From Candidatus Bathyarchaeia archaeon (GTDB taxonomy: Archaea > Thermoproteota > Bathyarchaeia > TCS64), in NCBI GenBank assembly GCA_050014495.1, contig JBEKDF010000012.1, forward strand, positions 1 through 64,000: a stretch of DNA of 64,000 nucleotides, in the 5' to 3' direction. The position numbers and the translations under genes were made by a program. The notes beneath the pieces are model-generated. The model was not told the origin of the DNA. It saw only the letters and a program-made list of their open reading frames with translations, and made no database searches. Below, in pieces: positions 38,412 to 48,800 of this stretch. The number at the start of each line of letters is the position of its first letter. The first letter of the stretch is position 1.

Positions 38412-39876
38412 AGTCGAGGTCTAGGGTCTGGTGAGTTTGCAGGTCGAATATTGTGGCAACACCTGTGGTAGGCTCGATCTGCATTCGTTTCTGAAAGGGG
38501 GTCTGATCCTGCCATGAGCCAGCTGAGACTAATGTAACGCCCTTGTATCGCTTAGTCTCGTTAATGTGAATGTGTCCCATGAGCATAGCGTCGGGTATGC
38601 TACCTATAACGAGCCTGTCAGTACGCTCGGGGGCTATGGGAGTACTCTGCCCATAACGAGGGGCGAGATGACGGCATCTGAATAGGAGCTCCATAGCCTT
38701 TATCGGATGGTTGAACTCGTAGCCCGGTGTGCTACTGAGTATATCGTCCAACCCCTTGCCGTGTTCAACGAGAACTTCGACGCCATTGAGGTTAAGCCTG
38801 CATGGACTAGGTAGCATCTTGACACGTGAGTCATCATATAGCTCTTTAGCGTACTCCTTTGGAATAGGTGGTTGGGGCATACTATGGCGAGTAGCGTCGT
38901 GGTTACCGGGTGTTACTACGATCTCGACGTAGTCGGGTAGTTGTTTTAGGAGCTCCGCTGCCACCTTGTACTGCTCACGAATGTCAGTTATCGTAAGCTC
39001 GTCTAACTGCTCAGGATAGATACCAACACCGTCGACGATGTCGCCGGCGATCACAATATATTTAACACGTGCCGCGGCGTCCCTGCTTTGGAGCGGACCG
39101 AGTTCGAGGTTCATCCAGTCAATGAACTTGTCGAAGTAGTCGCCCCTGAAGTATTTTGAGCCGACGTGTACGTCTGCGAGAAAGGCAGCGTATAGTGGTT
39201 CAGGACTTCGACGAGGAGTGTTATTGGGTACATCGGGCCAGATCCAGTTATTTGCTATGAGGAGGTCATCAGTGTACTTTACGGCTTCGACGGCGATAAC
39301 TTGATCTTCTTGGAGCTCCAGCCCATGACGTATGATTTCCTCATCGCTAGCCATGACACTGATTGTGGAGTGACGGTCCTCGAGTTCAATGAATAGTTTG
39401 TTGCCACGTGTTCGTTTCTCGGTAACGATTCCGATAGTCTTGAGCTTGGTCTTTAGAGGGAGCTTAAGAACCTGCTCTATGGATATGGCATCCTTTACAT
39501 CGACGCGACGCTTGAGGATAGTTTCAAGACGGTCATATCGACTCTGAAAATACTCTAGAAACCCCTGAGCATCACTGGCGGGTTGGGCTGGCTCGTCGTC
39601 AAGTACTTTGAGGGGTGTGCCCTTGTCCCTAGCGGGTATTGAGCGGTTTTTTTGAGGAATAGGCTCGGGGCGAGGAGTCTCGACTAAAGTGAGCAGATAA
39701 CCCTTGTCGAGGATAAAGAGAGGCGGAGAGGAAGAATCAGCCTTAAGGACAGCCTTTTGGGATAAAGTGTCGGACGTTTCAGCAGATAACGCCGTGAGAT
39801 AGGCGTAGGCGTCTGGGCTGAGTTGGTAGCCTGCGTCGATTATACGCTGTAGGAACTGGGGTATCCGCTGGCTCAA
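38398..39876 (-). CDS. polD1: DNA polymerase D small (exonuclease) subunit DP1
   Basis: OB fold, DVHVGS, AGDIVDGVGIYP.Q, PGNHD, HG, RHLAP.YG, GHIH. Confidence 0.95.
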   Translation of the reverse strand: MSQRIPQFLQRIIDAGYQLSPDAYAYLTALSAETSDTLSQKAVLKADSSSPPLFILDKGYLLTLVETPRPEPIPQKNRSIPARDKGTPLKVLDDEPAQPASDAQGFLEYFQSRYDRLETILKRRVDVKDAISIEQVLKLPLKTKLKTIGIVTEKRTRGNKLFIELEDRHSTISVMASDEEIIRHGLELQEDQVIAVEAVKYTDDLLIANNWIWPDVPNNTPRRSPEPLYAAFLADVHVGSKYFRGDYFDKFIDWMNLELGPLQSRDAAARVKYIVIAGDIVDGVGIYPEQLDELTITDIREQYKVAAELLKQLPDYVEIVVTPGNHDATRHSMPQPPIPKEYAKELYDDSRVKMLPSPCRLNLNGVEVLVEHGKGLDDILSSTPGYEFNHPIKAMELLFRCRHLAPRYGQSTPIAPERTDRLVIGSIPDAMLMGHIHINETKRYKGVTLVSAGSWQDQTPFQKRMQIEPTTGVATIFDLQTHQTLDLDFKRF

Positions 39877-39896
39877 TGGGTATGCTTCACCATGAT

Positions 39897-40238
39897 TTAC
39901 TTAGCTTTGGCCAAATAGTCTTCGCGTGGAGGGGCAAAGGTCTCTATCAGGATGGTCTCACCTTTGCTAGTGTTTACCCAATCATGACTATCGCCTCCAG
40001 GAATATACCAGCTTGCACCTTTGACGGTATTGTACTTCTTTCCGCCCGAAGTGAGGACACCCTCGCCTTTGATGCAAGTGCCTATCTGGTCGTGGGGATG
40101 TTTGTGATCGGGAACGACAGCCCCAGGTTGGGCTATGATGTATGTTAGCATTACCTTTTCACTACTTCCGAGGATGATGATCTCAACACCCTTAGCGGGG
40201 CTCATACGGGGTGCCTTATCTACACTATTGGTCTTCAT
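39897..40238 (-). CDS. Cupin domain protein
   Basis: PDHKHPHDQ...IPGGDSH...ETFAPPREDY. Confidence 0.9.
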   Translation of the reverse strand: MKTNSVDKAPRMSPAKGVEIIILGSSEKVMLTYIIAQPGAVVPDHKHPHDQIGTCIKGEGVLTSGGKKYNTVKGASWYIPGGDSHDWVNTSKGETILIETFAPPREDYLAKAK

Positions 40239-40427
40239 TCCGCTACTGTGGAGAGATTGAAGGGCTATAAAACCTGCTCGGCGTATATGGTGCTACTACT
40301 CGCGCTCAGTATGAGAAAAAAGCCTAACAAAACAACTTAACTCAATTTTTAGAAGAAAAGACGCCATTTCAAAGTCATTAGGAGTGGAAGTGATTTGTCA
40401 TTCATCTGCATACTTTTAGGAGAGATT

Positions 40428-41096
40428 TCACAAAGTGGGTTTCTGTTCAGGCTGCTGTTGAATTAGGTCGCGAATCTCCTTTCGAACGCTGTAGCGGTAA
40501 GGCATGGAATTTGTGCTACGGTCAACAAAGCCAGATTCATAGAGCTTTTTTAAAGTGCGTGCAGTGTGTTCACGGGTCGTACCGAGATATTCCTTGATCT
40601 CCGGGACTGCCCCCTCCCCAAGCTCGGCGATCTTCTTTAGGGCACTAAACTCAGTCTCAGTCAACTGAGCCAACACATTACCCTGTTGTACGGGGATTGG
40701 GGCCGCGATTTCCTGACCCACAACCACACGTGACTTTGGCACAGAAACGAGCTTCTGAACCTCCTTCCTAATGGACTCAACCTCGGACTCTGTGGAATTC
40801 ATGCGGCTCTGTATAGTCTTCACGACCTCAAGGCCTTTCAGAGTCGTATCCTTAGCCTCACTACTGTTCTTAAGGGCTTCCGATGCAATGATCTTTGCCG
40901 TAGTCGCCTCGTTCTCCGTCTTTGCTATTTCTTGCTGTAAGCGGTTGACTTGACGGGTGAATCCGAAGGTTATATTATGGACGAATTCCCTAGCTCCGTT
41001 ATATTCAGTGGTAGCTTCCTTTATCTTACGATAGAATATGATGGAGGCGGCTACTGTGACCAATAATAGGGCGGCTGCCGTAATTATTAGATCCAA
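40428..41096 (-). CDS. Membrane-anchored coiled-coil protein with C-terminal winged-helix domain
   Basis: N-terminal TM (LIITAAALLLVTVAASIIFY), heptad-rich middle, LTETE...TREHTARTLKKLYESGFVDR...YRY wHTH. Confidence 0.8.
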   Translation of the reverse strand: MDLIITAAALLLVTVAASIIFYRKIKEATTEYNGAREFVHNITFGFTRQVNRLQQEIAKTENEATTAKIIASEALKNSSEAKDTTLKGLEVVKTIQSRMNSTESEVESIRKEVQKLVSVPKSRVVVGQEIAAPIPVQQGNVLAQLTETEFSALKKIAELGEGAVPEIKEYLGTTREHTARTLKKLYESGFVDRSTNSMPYRYSVRKEIRDLIQQQPEQKPTL

Positions 41097-41225
41097 GGTA
41101 TCGCCATCAATACTCTTGTGTGAATATCATCGGTCTAGCTTTTTTATTCTTTGGTTACTCTCACCGCGTAAGGAAATCTAAACTCATCGTTTAATAATCG
41201 TCTCGCCTCTTAGCTTTGAATCGGC

Positions 41226-43550
41226 TTGGGTTCCCCTGGCAGCGTCGAGGCCGAGGTCCATATGACCGGCAGGGTGCAAGGCGTGGGCTTCCGCCCTTTT
41301 ATCTATCGTCTAGCAGTTCGACACGAGCTAAAGGGCTATGTCATCAACCTCGGGGATGCCGGTGTAGAAGCGGTAGTCGAGGGCCCAACTAATAGTATAG
41401 AGGCGTTCATCAAGTCTATTCAAACCGAAGCGCCGCCCGTGTCAGAGATCACTGGAATACACTCATCCTACAGGCCCTACAGAAACAGGTTTAAGGAGTT
41501 TATTATCGATAAAAGCCGGGATAGTAGGCAAGCTATCTCTGGTATCTTCCCACCTGACATTGGGATTTGCCCGAACTGCCTCACTGACATGGCTGACCTG
41601 AAGGGGCGCTGGTTTGAGTATCCCTTTACAGCTTGTGCATGGTGTGGCCCCAGGTTCACAGGTGTCATGTCTCTACCCTACGATAGGGAAAGGACCCACA
41701 TGAACGACTTCCCTATGTGCAAGTACTGCCAGAAGGACTACAGCAACCCCATGAACAGGCGATTCGATGCTCAAGGAATAACATGTAGTGTCTGTGGCCC
41801 TAAGATGAGTCTACTGGACGCCTCGGGATCAGAAATAAAGGTTAGCGACGTCTTCACCGAGGCAGTAAAGTTACTGAGAGAGGGAAGTATTATCGCAGTC
41901 AAAGGAATCGGTGGATTCCATATCGCGGCCCTCGCCACCGAGGATAAGCCAATTGCTAAACTTAGGATCCGAAAGAGTAGGCCATATCAGCCATTCGCAC
42001 TCATGGCGCCTAATCTAGTAGCTACGCAAAGCTTTGCTTCTCCTGATATTTATGAGTCAAGGGCTCTCACCTCGTGGCAGAAGCCTATTGTTCTAGTCAA
42101 GAAGAATGGGAAAGTGATTTCTGATTTGGTTGCGCCAGGCCTCAGCAGGGTAGGCGTCATGCTTCCCTATACGGGAATACATGTGATGCTCTTTAAGAGG
42201 CTGAATGCGCCCGCCCTCGTGATGACGAGTGGAAATAGGTCTGGGTTGCCAATGGTAATATCGAATGAAGCTGCCTTGAGTGAACTTGGCAGCGTCGCTG
42301 ACTACTTTCTTGTCCATAATAGAAAGATCGTGAACAGGTGCGACGATTCTTTAATGCGTATAAATGAGGGAAGGGCAGCTTTCGTTAGAAGGTCACGTGG
42401 ATATGTACCTGACCCTATTGAAATACCTCTAAGTAAAGGCATAGTCTTCGCTGTCGGGACTGAGCAAAGCAACGTTGCTGCGGTTACCCTAGATGGAAGA
42501 TGCTACCAGAGCCAGTACCTCGGAGATGTAATCAATCTAGAGACCATGGAATTCGAAAAAAGTGCTATATTTGCCATGCGTGACCTACTTAAAATCACAC
42601 GTAACCCAGATGTGATAGCCTGTGACCAGCATCCTGGATATATGACATCACAGTTAGCTGAAGTGATATCACAGGAAATGGGCGTAAAAATCACAAAATC
42701 ACAGCATCATCACGCACACGTAATTTCAGTTTGTGCTGAAAACAATATTAAACCAGAAGAAAATGTCATTGGAATAGCCTTAGATGGGGCTGGATACGGG
42801 TCAGACGGCAAAATATGGGGTGGTGAAGTTCTAATATCGACATATTTCGACTATAAACGTGTAGGCCAACTCGAGTATTTGCCAATGCCCGGAGGAGATC
42901 TGTGTACTATATACCCATATAGAATGCTCATTTCAGCCCTCTCTACGATTATGGGAGAAGATGAGCTATGTGATATCACAGAAAATCACATAGTTGAAGC
43001 ATTACCTAACGGTTCAGAAGAACGTAATCTGATTATTAAGCAATCAAAAGCTCAAAACGTATTAAAAACATCAAGTTCCGGTAGATTACTTGATTCTGTC
43101 GCTTCTTTACTTGATTTAACCTATTATAGAACTTATGAAGGCGAACCAGCTATGAGACTTGAAACACTTGCGGAGAATGGAAATCCTAATGCTATAAGAT
43201 ATAAGCCTCAAATTGAAAGAAACAAGGACGTATTAGAGTTAAAAACGATGAATATGTTAAAATATTTAGCTGATAACAAAAATAACCTTAATAAATGTGA
43301 CATAGCAGCTTTTACCCAAAAATATCTATCAGAAGGTGTTATAAGTATAGCAATCGAAGTTGCAAAAGCAGAACACATTCATAAAGTTGCGTTATCAGGT
43401 GGTGTATTAGCTAATAAGTACATCTCACAAAAATTAATAAAAACTATAGAAAGAAGAGGACTTAATGTTTATACGAACACTAAAACTTCGCTTGGGGACG
43501 GCGGTTCTTCTTTAGGCCAATCGTGTATTGCCTTGGCGTCTGTGATATAA
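41226..43550 (+). CDS. hypF: Carbamoyltransferase HypF (hydrogenase maturation)
   Basis: GRVQGVGFRPF acylphosphatase domain, two zinc fingers, KGIGGFH, QHHHAH, DGAGYG, SSSGR, GDGG. Confidence 0.96.
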   Translation: MGSPGSVEAEVHMTGRVQGVGFRPFIYRLAVRHELKGYVINLGDAGVEAVVEGPTNSIEAFIKSIQTEAPPVSEITGIHSSYRPYRNRFKEFIIDKSRDSRQAISGIFPPDIGICPNCLTDMADLKGRWFEYPFTACAWCGPRFTGVMSLPYDRERTHMNDFPMCKYCQKDYSNPMNRRFDAQGITCSVCGPKMSLLDASGSEIKVSDVFTEAVKLLREGSIIAVKGIGGFHIAALATEDKPIAKLRIRKSRPYQPFALMAPNLVATQSFASPDIYESRALTSWQKPIVLVKKNGKVISDLVAPGLSRVGVMLPYTGIHVMLFKRLNAPALVMTSGNRSGLPMVISNEAALSELGSVADYFLVHNRKIVNRCDDSLMRINEGRAAFVRRSRGYVPDPIEIPLSKGIVFAVGTEQSNVAAVTLDGRCYQSQYLGDVINLETMEFEKSAIFAMRDLLKITRNPDVIACDQHPGYMTSQLAEVISQEMGVKITKSQHHHAHVISVCAENNIKPEENVIGIALDGAGYGSDGKIWGGEVLISTYFDYKRVGQLEYLPMPGGDLCTIYPYRMLISALSTIMGEDELCDITENHIVEALPNGSEERNLIIKQSKAQNVLKTSSSGRLLDSVASLLDLTYYRTYEGEPAMRLETLAENGNPNAIRYKPQIERNKDVLELKTMNMLKYLADNKNNLNKCDIAAFTQKYLSEGVISIAIEVAKAEHIHKVALSGGVLANKYISQKLIKTIERRGLNVYTNTKTSLGDGGSSLGQSCIALASVI

Positions 43551-44533
43551 TGTGATATCACATTACTTTAAGCTTGGTTGGATGTGACAATGATTCGATT
43601 CCGAGGGTTAATTCATCTTCTATCCGCTTAAGAATAGCAGGTGATCTCTTACTGCTTGACTTCTCTATAAGAGATAGATACTCTCTCAATTTCTCTGAGA
43701 GATTTTGGTACTCCTCGAAGGGTTTTGAATCATAAATCCCTACATAGCTAAGTAACACTATAGTAAAAATTGAGGATATTACACGATGTCTGGCTTGACC
43801 CAATGTACGGCTAAATGAACCCCGACTGACTTTTCTGGTTCTAAATAAGGTTTTATTCTTTAATGATATCTTTTCATCTGACATTACATCTATTAAGAGA
43901 TCAATCATAAGCGTTTCAAACTGAATCCTTGTTAAATTGCTATTTTTTAGTAATAAGTCAGTAATTGGGTCTTGAAAGGCTTTTTGAATCATATTTTGAG
44001 TTTCTTCTGTAGAATCCATACGGTTTACCTCATTGTTCAATTATATCAATATACGATACTATGGAATACAAAGCTGTATGCCATATTACCCTTTTGATTT
44101 CTTCTCTAATCAAGCTATTTAAGATGAAGTAAATGATAAAATTAATTAACTTGACACTGATCTAGTAAAAAATATAGAATAAATAGTTAAAATTTAACAA
44201 ATATTCCTATCAAATACAGGTTTGGACTCTTAATCATAATTACAAAATAAAAATTACAAGAATCCAAAAAAACTCCCCGAAAATATATAACGATTCGAGC
44301 TAAAGAAATTCCAAAAAATAACAAATAAAATCTTAAGAATAAAAAGCTAATGGTTTAAGAAACTGTGCAATAGATGCAGTTACATAAAAATCCAAGGCTA
44401 TAAAACTCTAAGAATAGAGAAGGTAATTATAATGGCCTATAATTAACGTGATATCACAACAATAACTGATAAAAAATCTCTGTGATGTTCTACTGTGAGA
44501 TTCTCTGAGTCACATGTGACCAGTAGTTATCAC
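42641..44533. repeat. Cluster of GTGATATCAC palindromes and half-sites
   Basis: Perfect 10-mers at 42663, 42970, 43552 and 44448; near copy at 42641; half-sites at 42611, 43541, 44481 and others. Confidence 0.85.
43558..44040 (-). CDS. Conserved archaeal hypothetical protein, probable HTH DNA binder
   Basis: SNLTRIQ...KVSRGSFSRTLGQAR resembles a recognition helix, followed by hydrophobic helix SIFTIVLLSYVG; start may be ATG 44019. Confidence 0.7.
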   Translation of the reverse strand: MNNEVNRMDSTEETQNMIQKAFQDPITDLLLKNSNLTRIQFETLMIDLLIDVMSDEKISLKNKTLFRTRKVSRGSFSRTLGQARHRVISSIFTIVLLSYVGIYDSKPFEEYQNLSEKLREYLSLIEKSSSKRSPAILKRIEDELTLGIESLSHPTKLKVM

Positions 44534-44780
44534 GCTAATTCTGTCTTTGATTTGATAAAGACATAGACTTTCATTAAGATCGTGGGACCTATGATACAAT
44601 AGTAAACTGTTAGGTTATTTAATAAATAACTATGCCAACAGACGGCGCTAGTGTAATCAGCAAAGTACATGTAATCGGAATCCTATAAAAAAATACTTGT
44701 TAAGATATGTAAAAGTTGAGAAGGTAATCAAGATACTAATAGGGACAGCACCCAACGATTATAAGTTCGTGCCTCCGGCA
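44041..44780. other. Very AT-rich ~740-bp intergenic region; candidate replication origin or chromosome-organising site
   Basis: Hand count 11/60 GC at 44161-44220 versus about 50% elsewhere; no ORF; divergent flanking genes; DP1 and DP2 point away from it. Confidence 0.55.
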
Positions 44781-44831
44781 ATCTTAAGACTAAGATAACC
44801 CCTTACCTTAACGCTATACGGAGATAAGTTC

Positions 44832-45083
44832 ATGGGAAGAAGAAGGAAAAAGGAAGAAAAGATTATCAGAAGGACATTGCCAGAGCTGTTCCTCTGCCCC
44901 AAGTGTGCCAAGAACTCCATAAAAGTCACAATAGATCCTAAGAACAATCTCGCTGGTATACGTTGCAGTGCATGTGGGCTCCATGGACGAATAACCATTG
45001 TGCCCAACACCGCCCCAGTAGACGCATACAGTACATACGTCGACAAATACTACGAGGATGGAGCAGCGCAAAAAGTTGGTTAG
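44832..45083 (+). CDS. elf1: Transcription elongation factor Elf1
   Basis: MGRRRKK...LPELFLCPKC...CSAC...VDAYSTYVD. Confidence 0.9.
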   Translation: MGRRRKKEEKIIRRTLPELFLCPKCAKNSIKVTIDPKNNLAGIRCSACGLHGRITIVPNTAPVDAYSTYVDKYYEDGAAQKVG

Positions 45084-45828
45084 TCGAGTAGAGCAACTCA
45101 TCCAAGAGAGGATAAGAAAGGAGGGGTGTATACATATGACCCTCCTTGACCCAGAAAAGAAGTCGGGCTATGACTGTGCCGTCATCGCGAGGGATGCAGA
45201 GGCAGGGGGCACCGCGGCCATCATGGTTGGTGGGAGCACTGTCGCCTCGGGTGTGGAGATGGAGGACGTAGTCAAGAGAATCAAGGCCAATGTTAGAATC
45301 CCTGTTATAATCTTCCCGAATAATATCGCCAGTATTACAGGCGCAGCTGATGCAATGTGGTTTATGAGTCTACTAAATAGCGCTAACACTTACTACCTCA
45401 TAGACAGCCAAGCAATTGGCGCGCCTATGGTGAAAAAGCTGGGACTTGAGACGATGCCTATGGGCTATATAATCGTCGGCTACGGTGGCGCAGCGGGATA
45501 TGTCGGACAAGCACGGGTCATCCCATATGATCGCCCAGAACTTGCGGTTGCTTACGCATCAGCAGCTGAGCTCCTAGGTATGCGTTATATCTACCTCGAG
45601 GCTGGTTCCGGAGCCCCACAGCCGGTCTCACCTATTATGATTAGTGCCGTAAGCAAGTACTGTAAAAGTACCCTGGTGGTTGGGGGTGGGATACGGGATG
45701 CGAAAGCGGCAATAGCTGCCAAGATTGCTGGCGCTCAGATAATCGTCACAGGAACCCTCGTGGAGGAGGAGAGTAAGGTGATGGACCGTATACGTGAAAT
45801 AACAACTGCCCTCACAGCCCAAGCCTAA
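45076..45828 (+). CDS. Geranylgeranylglyceryl phosphate synthase (group II)
   Basis: TLLDPEK, IMVGGST, YLEAGSGA, VGGGIR, VTGT; TTG start at 45076 assumed. Confidence 0.93.
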   Translation: MVSRVEQLIQERIRKEGCIHMTLLDPEKKSGYDCAVIARDAEAGGTAAIMVGGSTVASGVEMEDVVKRIKANVRIPVIIFPNNIASITGAADAMWFMSLLNSANTYYLIDSQAIGAPMVKKLGLETMPMGYIIVGYGGAAGYVGQARVIPYDRPELAVAYASAAELLGMRYIYLEAGSGAPQPVSPIMISAVSKYCKSTLVVGGGIRDAKAAIAAKIAGAQIIVTGTLVEEESKVMDRIREITTALTAQA

Positions 45829-45858
45829 TTATCCACCTCCACACCATACCTTCTAGAT

Positions 45859-48800
45859 TTGAGCCAGCTCCGTATGACGCCAGAGTATAGAGCTTACTTC
45901 GACGAACTAGACAATAAGCTGGCCAAGCTTTACGAGGTCGCGGGTGAGGCAAAAACTAAGGGCCTAGATGCATCTAGGGAAGTCGAGGTACAGATCACCC
46001 ACGACATTGCCGAGCGTGTCGAAAAGATGCTGGGGCCACCCGGACTCACTGTTAGAATGAGAGAGCTCGAGGGCATGGACCGCAGGGAGATGGCTTTCAA
46101 AATAGCAGAGGAGATAACTCTCGGCCGATTCGGTAGTTTTGATAAGGAAAAGTCTGCGGACCAAGCAATCAGAACCGCCCTTGCGATAATGACAGAGGGT
46201 GTTACTGTAGCTCCTATCGAGGGCCTCCCAAAGATAGTCATAAAGGTCAACCCTGACCGCACACAATATCTCAGTCTCTACTTTGCTGGCCCTATACGCC
46301 CAGCTGGTGGCACCGCTCAGGCCATGACACTTGTAGTCGCTGACCATGTGAGGAAACGCCTCGGCTTAGATAAGTTTCAGCCGAGCGAGAATCAAGTGCA
46401 GCGCTTCATCGAGGAGGTGCGCCTATACGAACGCACAGTACGCCGCTTCCAATATCACGTAACGGATGAGGACCTCGAGGCAGCCATCCGCCAGATACCT
46501 GTAGAAGCCACAGGAGTCGCAACAGACCCTTTCGAGGTAAGCAACTACCGGGATATTGTAGGTATTGAGACGAATAGACTCCGAGGCGGGGCTCTTATCG
46601 TAGTCGTAGATGGCATCGTGGGCCGCGCTCGTAAGCTTCACGGTGCTTGCGATAACCTCGGGGTAACTGGCTGGGAGTGGCTCCTGAAGATGGGTAGGAA
46701 GAAAAAGGTAGAAGGGGAGGAGAAAGCGGAGCCTACCGCTGCCTTCATGGATGAGATAATCGTTGGGCGCCCGGTCTTCAGCTTTCCTGGTGCAGTGGGT
46801 GGTTTTCGCCTACGTTACGGTCGCGCTAGAAACACCGGTCTTGCTGCTAGCGGCGTTCACCCAGCCACTATGGTCATCCTCAATAAGTTCCTCGTCACGG
46901 GCGTTCAGATGCGTACCGAGCTCCCAGGAAAATCGGCTGCTACGTGTCCGGTTGACTCGATTGAGCCCCCCGTCGTAAGGCTGAAAGACGGCTCAGTGCA
47001 GCGTGTCGAGACCGAGATAGAGGCGGAGAGGCTTCTGCCCTTGGTAGACAGAATACTCTTCCTAGGTGATTACCTAAGTAATGCGGGGGACTTCATTCAA
47101 AACAATAAGGCTCTCCTCCCTACAGGTTATGATGAGAATCAGTTTATTCAGGATCTCAGAGCAGCTTGCACACATGTAGGGGATGATGCTGCTGTGAGCC
47201 TAACCGGGCTCCTGGCGGAGAGGATTGCGTACCTTAGGTCAAGCCCGCTCAATAAGCCCACAGTTGACGAGGCTCTTGCCCTGACCTCGATGGACGTACC
47301 TATCCACCCCCGCTGGAATTACCACTGGTCCGCCCTTACAAGGGATGAGATCATATCCCTAAGGAACAGTCTCGCGTCCGAGTACAGTCCAGACTCAACT
47401 GAGTTCCCCAACTTCCCAGAGGTGAAATCCGCTTTAGAGAGGCTTCTCATCCCTCACAGGGTAAAAGGTGGCCATCTCGACTTGGGTGAGGACGCCCGCG
47501 TCGTCGCCAGGACCTTGGACCTCAAGCAAAGATACACAGAGATCAAAGGAGAGAAGCCATTAGAGGTGATTAATTTCCTCGCCGACTTTCCGGTGAGGGA
47601 AAAGGTAGGTGTTTTCGTCGGTGCTCGTATGGGGCGACCTGAGAAGGCGAAGGAGCGTAGGATGGCCCCATATGTCCATTGTCTCTACCCCGTAGGGGAG
47701 GCCGGTGGACCTCAGCGCGACATCCTCAAAGCGGAGAAGGGGAAGGTCGTCAGAGTTGAGCTCTCGCAACGTCAGTGCCTAAACTGTGGGGATATCGGGC
47801 CGACTACTGTCTGTCAGAACTGCGGAGGTGAGACTAAGGAGATACGCAGATGCAGCCGTTGCGGTCTCAGATTCGAGGGTGAGCGCTGTCCTCAGTGCCG
47901 ATCTGAGATAGTATCATATGCAAGTGTTGATGTCGACCTCAAGGAGGAATTGGAAGCCGCCCGGAAGATGATAGGGGGGCAGCTCCCGGGGCGTGTGAAG
48001 TGCGTAAAGAGACTCATGAACCAGACCAGGACTCCTGAGCATCTTGCCAAGGGCATCCTCAGGGCCCGATACGACCTAAGCGTTTTCAAGGATGGGACAC
48101 TCCGATTCGACCTCACCGACATACCTCTCACACACTTCAAACCAAGCGAGGTTGGCGTATCGGTGGATGTTCTTCGATCGCTCGGCTACACCCACGACAC
48201 AAACGGCGAACCACTGGTGGAAGAGGGCCAAATGCTAGAGCTCAAAGTGCAGGACGTGATTCTCCCGGAGGACTGTGGGGATTATCTCCTGAAGGTATCT
48301 AAGTTTCTGGACGAACAACTCCGCGATTTTTACAAGATGAAGCCCTTCTATAACGCGAAAAGCCGTAGTGATCTAATCGGCAGCCTATTGTTAGGGCTCG
48401 CGCCTCACACATCCGCTGCCATCTCAGGGAGGCTTGTGGGCTTCACAAGAGTTCGGAACCAGTACGCTCATCCTTTATGGCACGCGGCTAAGCGTAGAAA
48501 CTGCGATGGCGACGAAGATGCCGTGATGCTCGCCCTTGACCCACTCCTCAATTTCAGCAAGGCTTACCTCCCGCAGCAGAGCGGAGGCCAGATGGACGCG
48601 CCCTTATTTGTCATACCCATCCTCAACCCAAGCGAGGTCGATAAGGAAGCCCACAACCTCGATGTGAATGAGAGCTACCCACCCGAGTTCTATAGTCTCT
48701 GCGCTGAGGGTGCTGGGAGCGGACAGTATGGTGCCCTCGTTGACACCATAGGAGCCCGCTTGGGTACTGAAGCTCAGTTCCAAGGATTTAGTTACACCGA

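Noticed and set aside
43540..43570. Archaeal dif (Xer) site
   Set aside because: Left arm TGTGATATAA looks dif-like, but no matching inverted arm follows a 6-bp spacer
44255..44400. Canonical ORB elements (TCCAA runs, CCCC tract)
   Set aside because: No TTCCAnTGGAA dyad with an adjacent G-string
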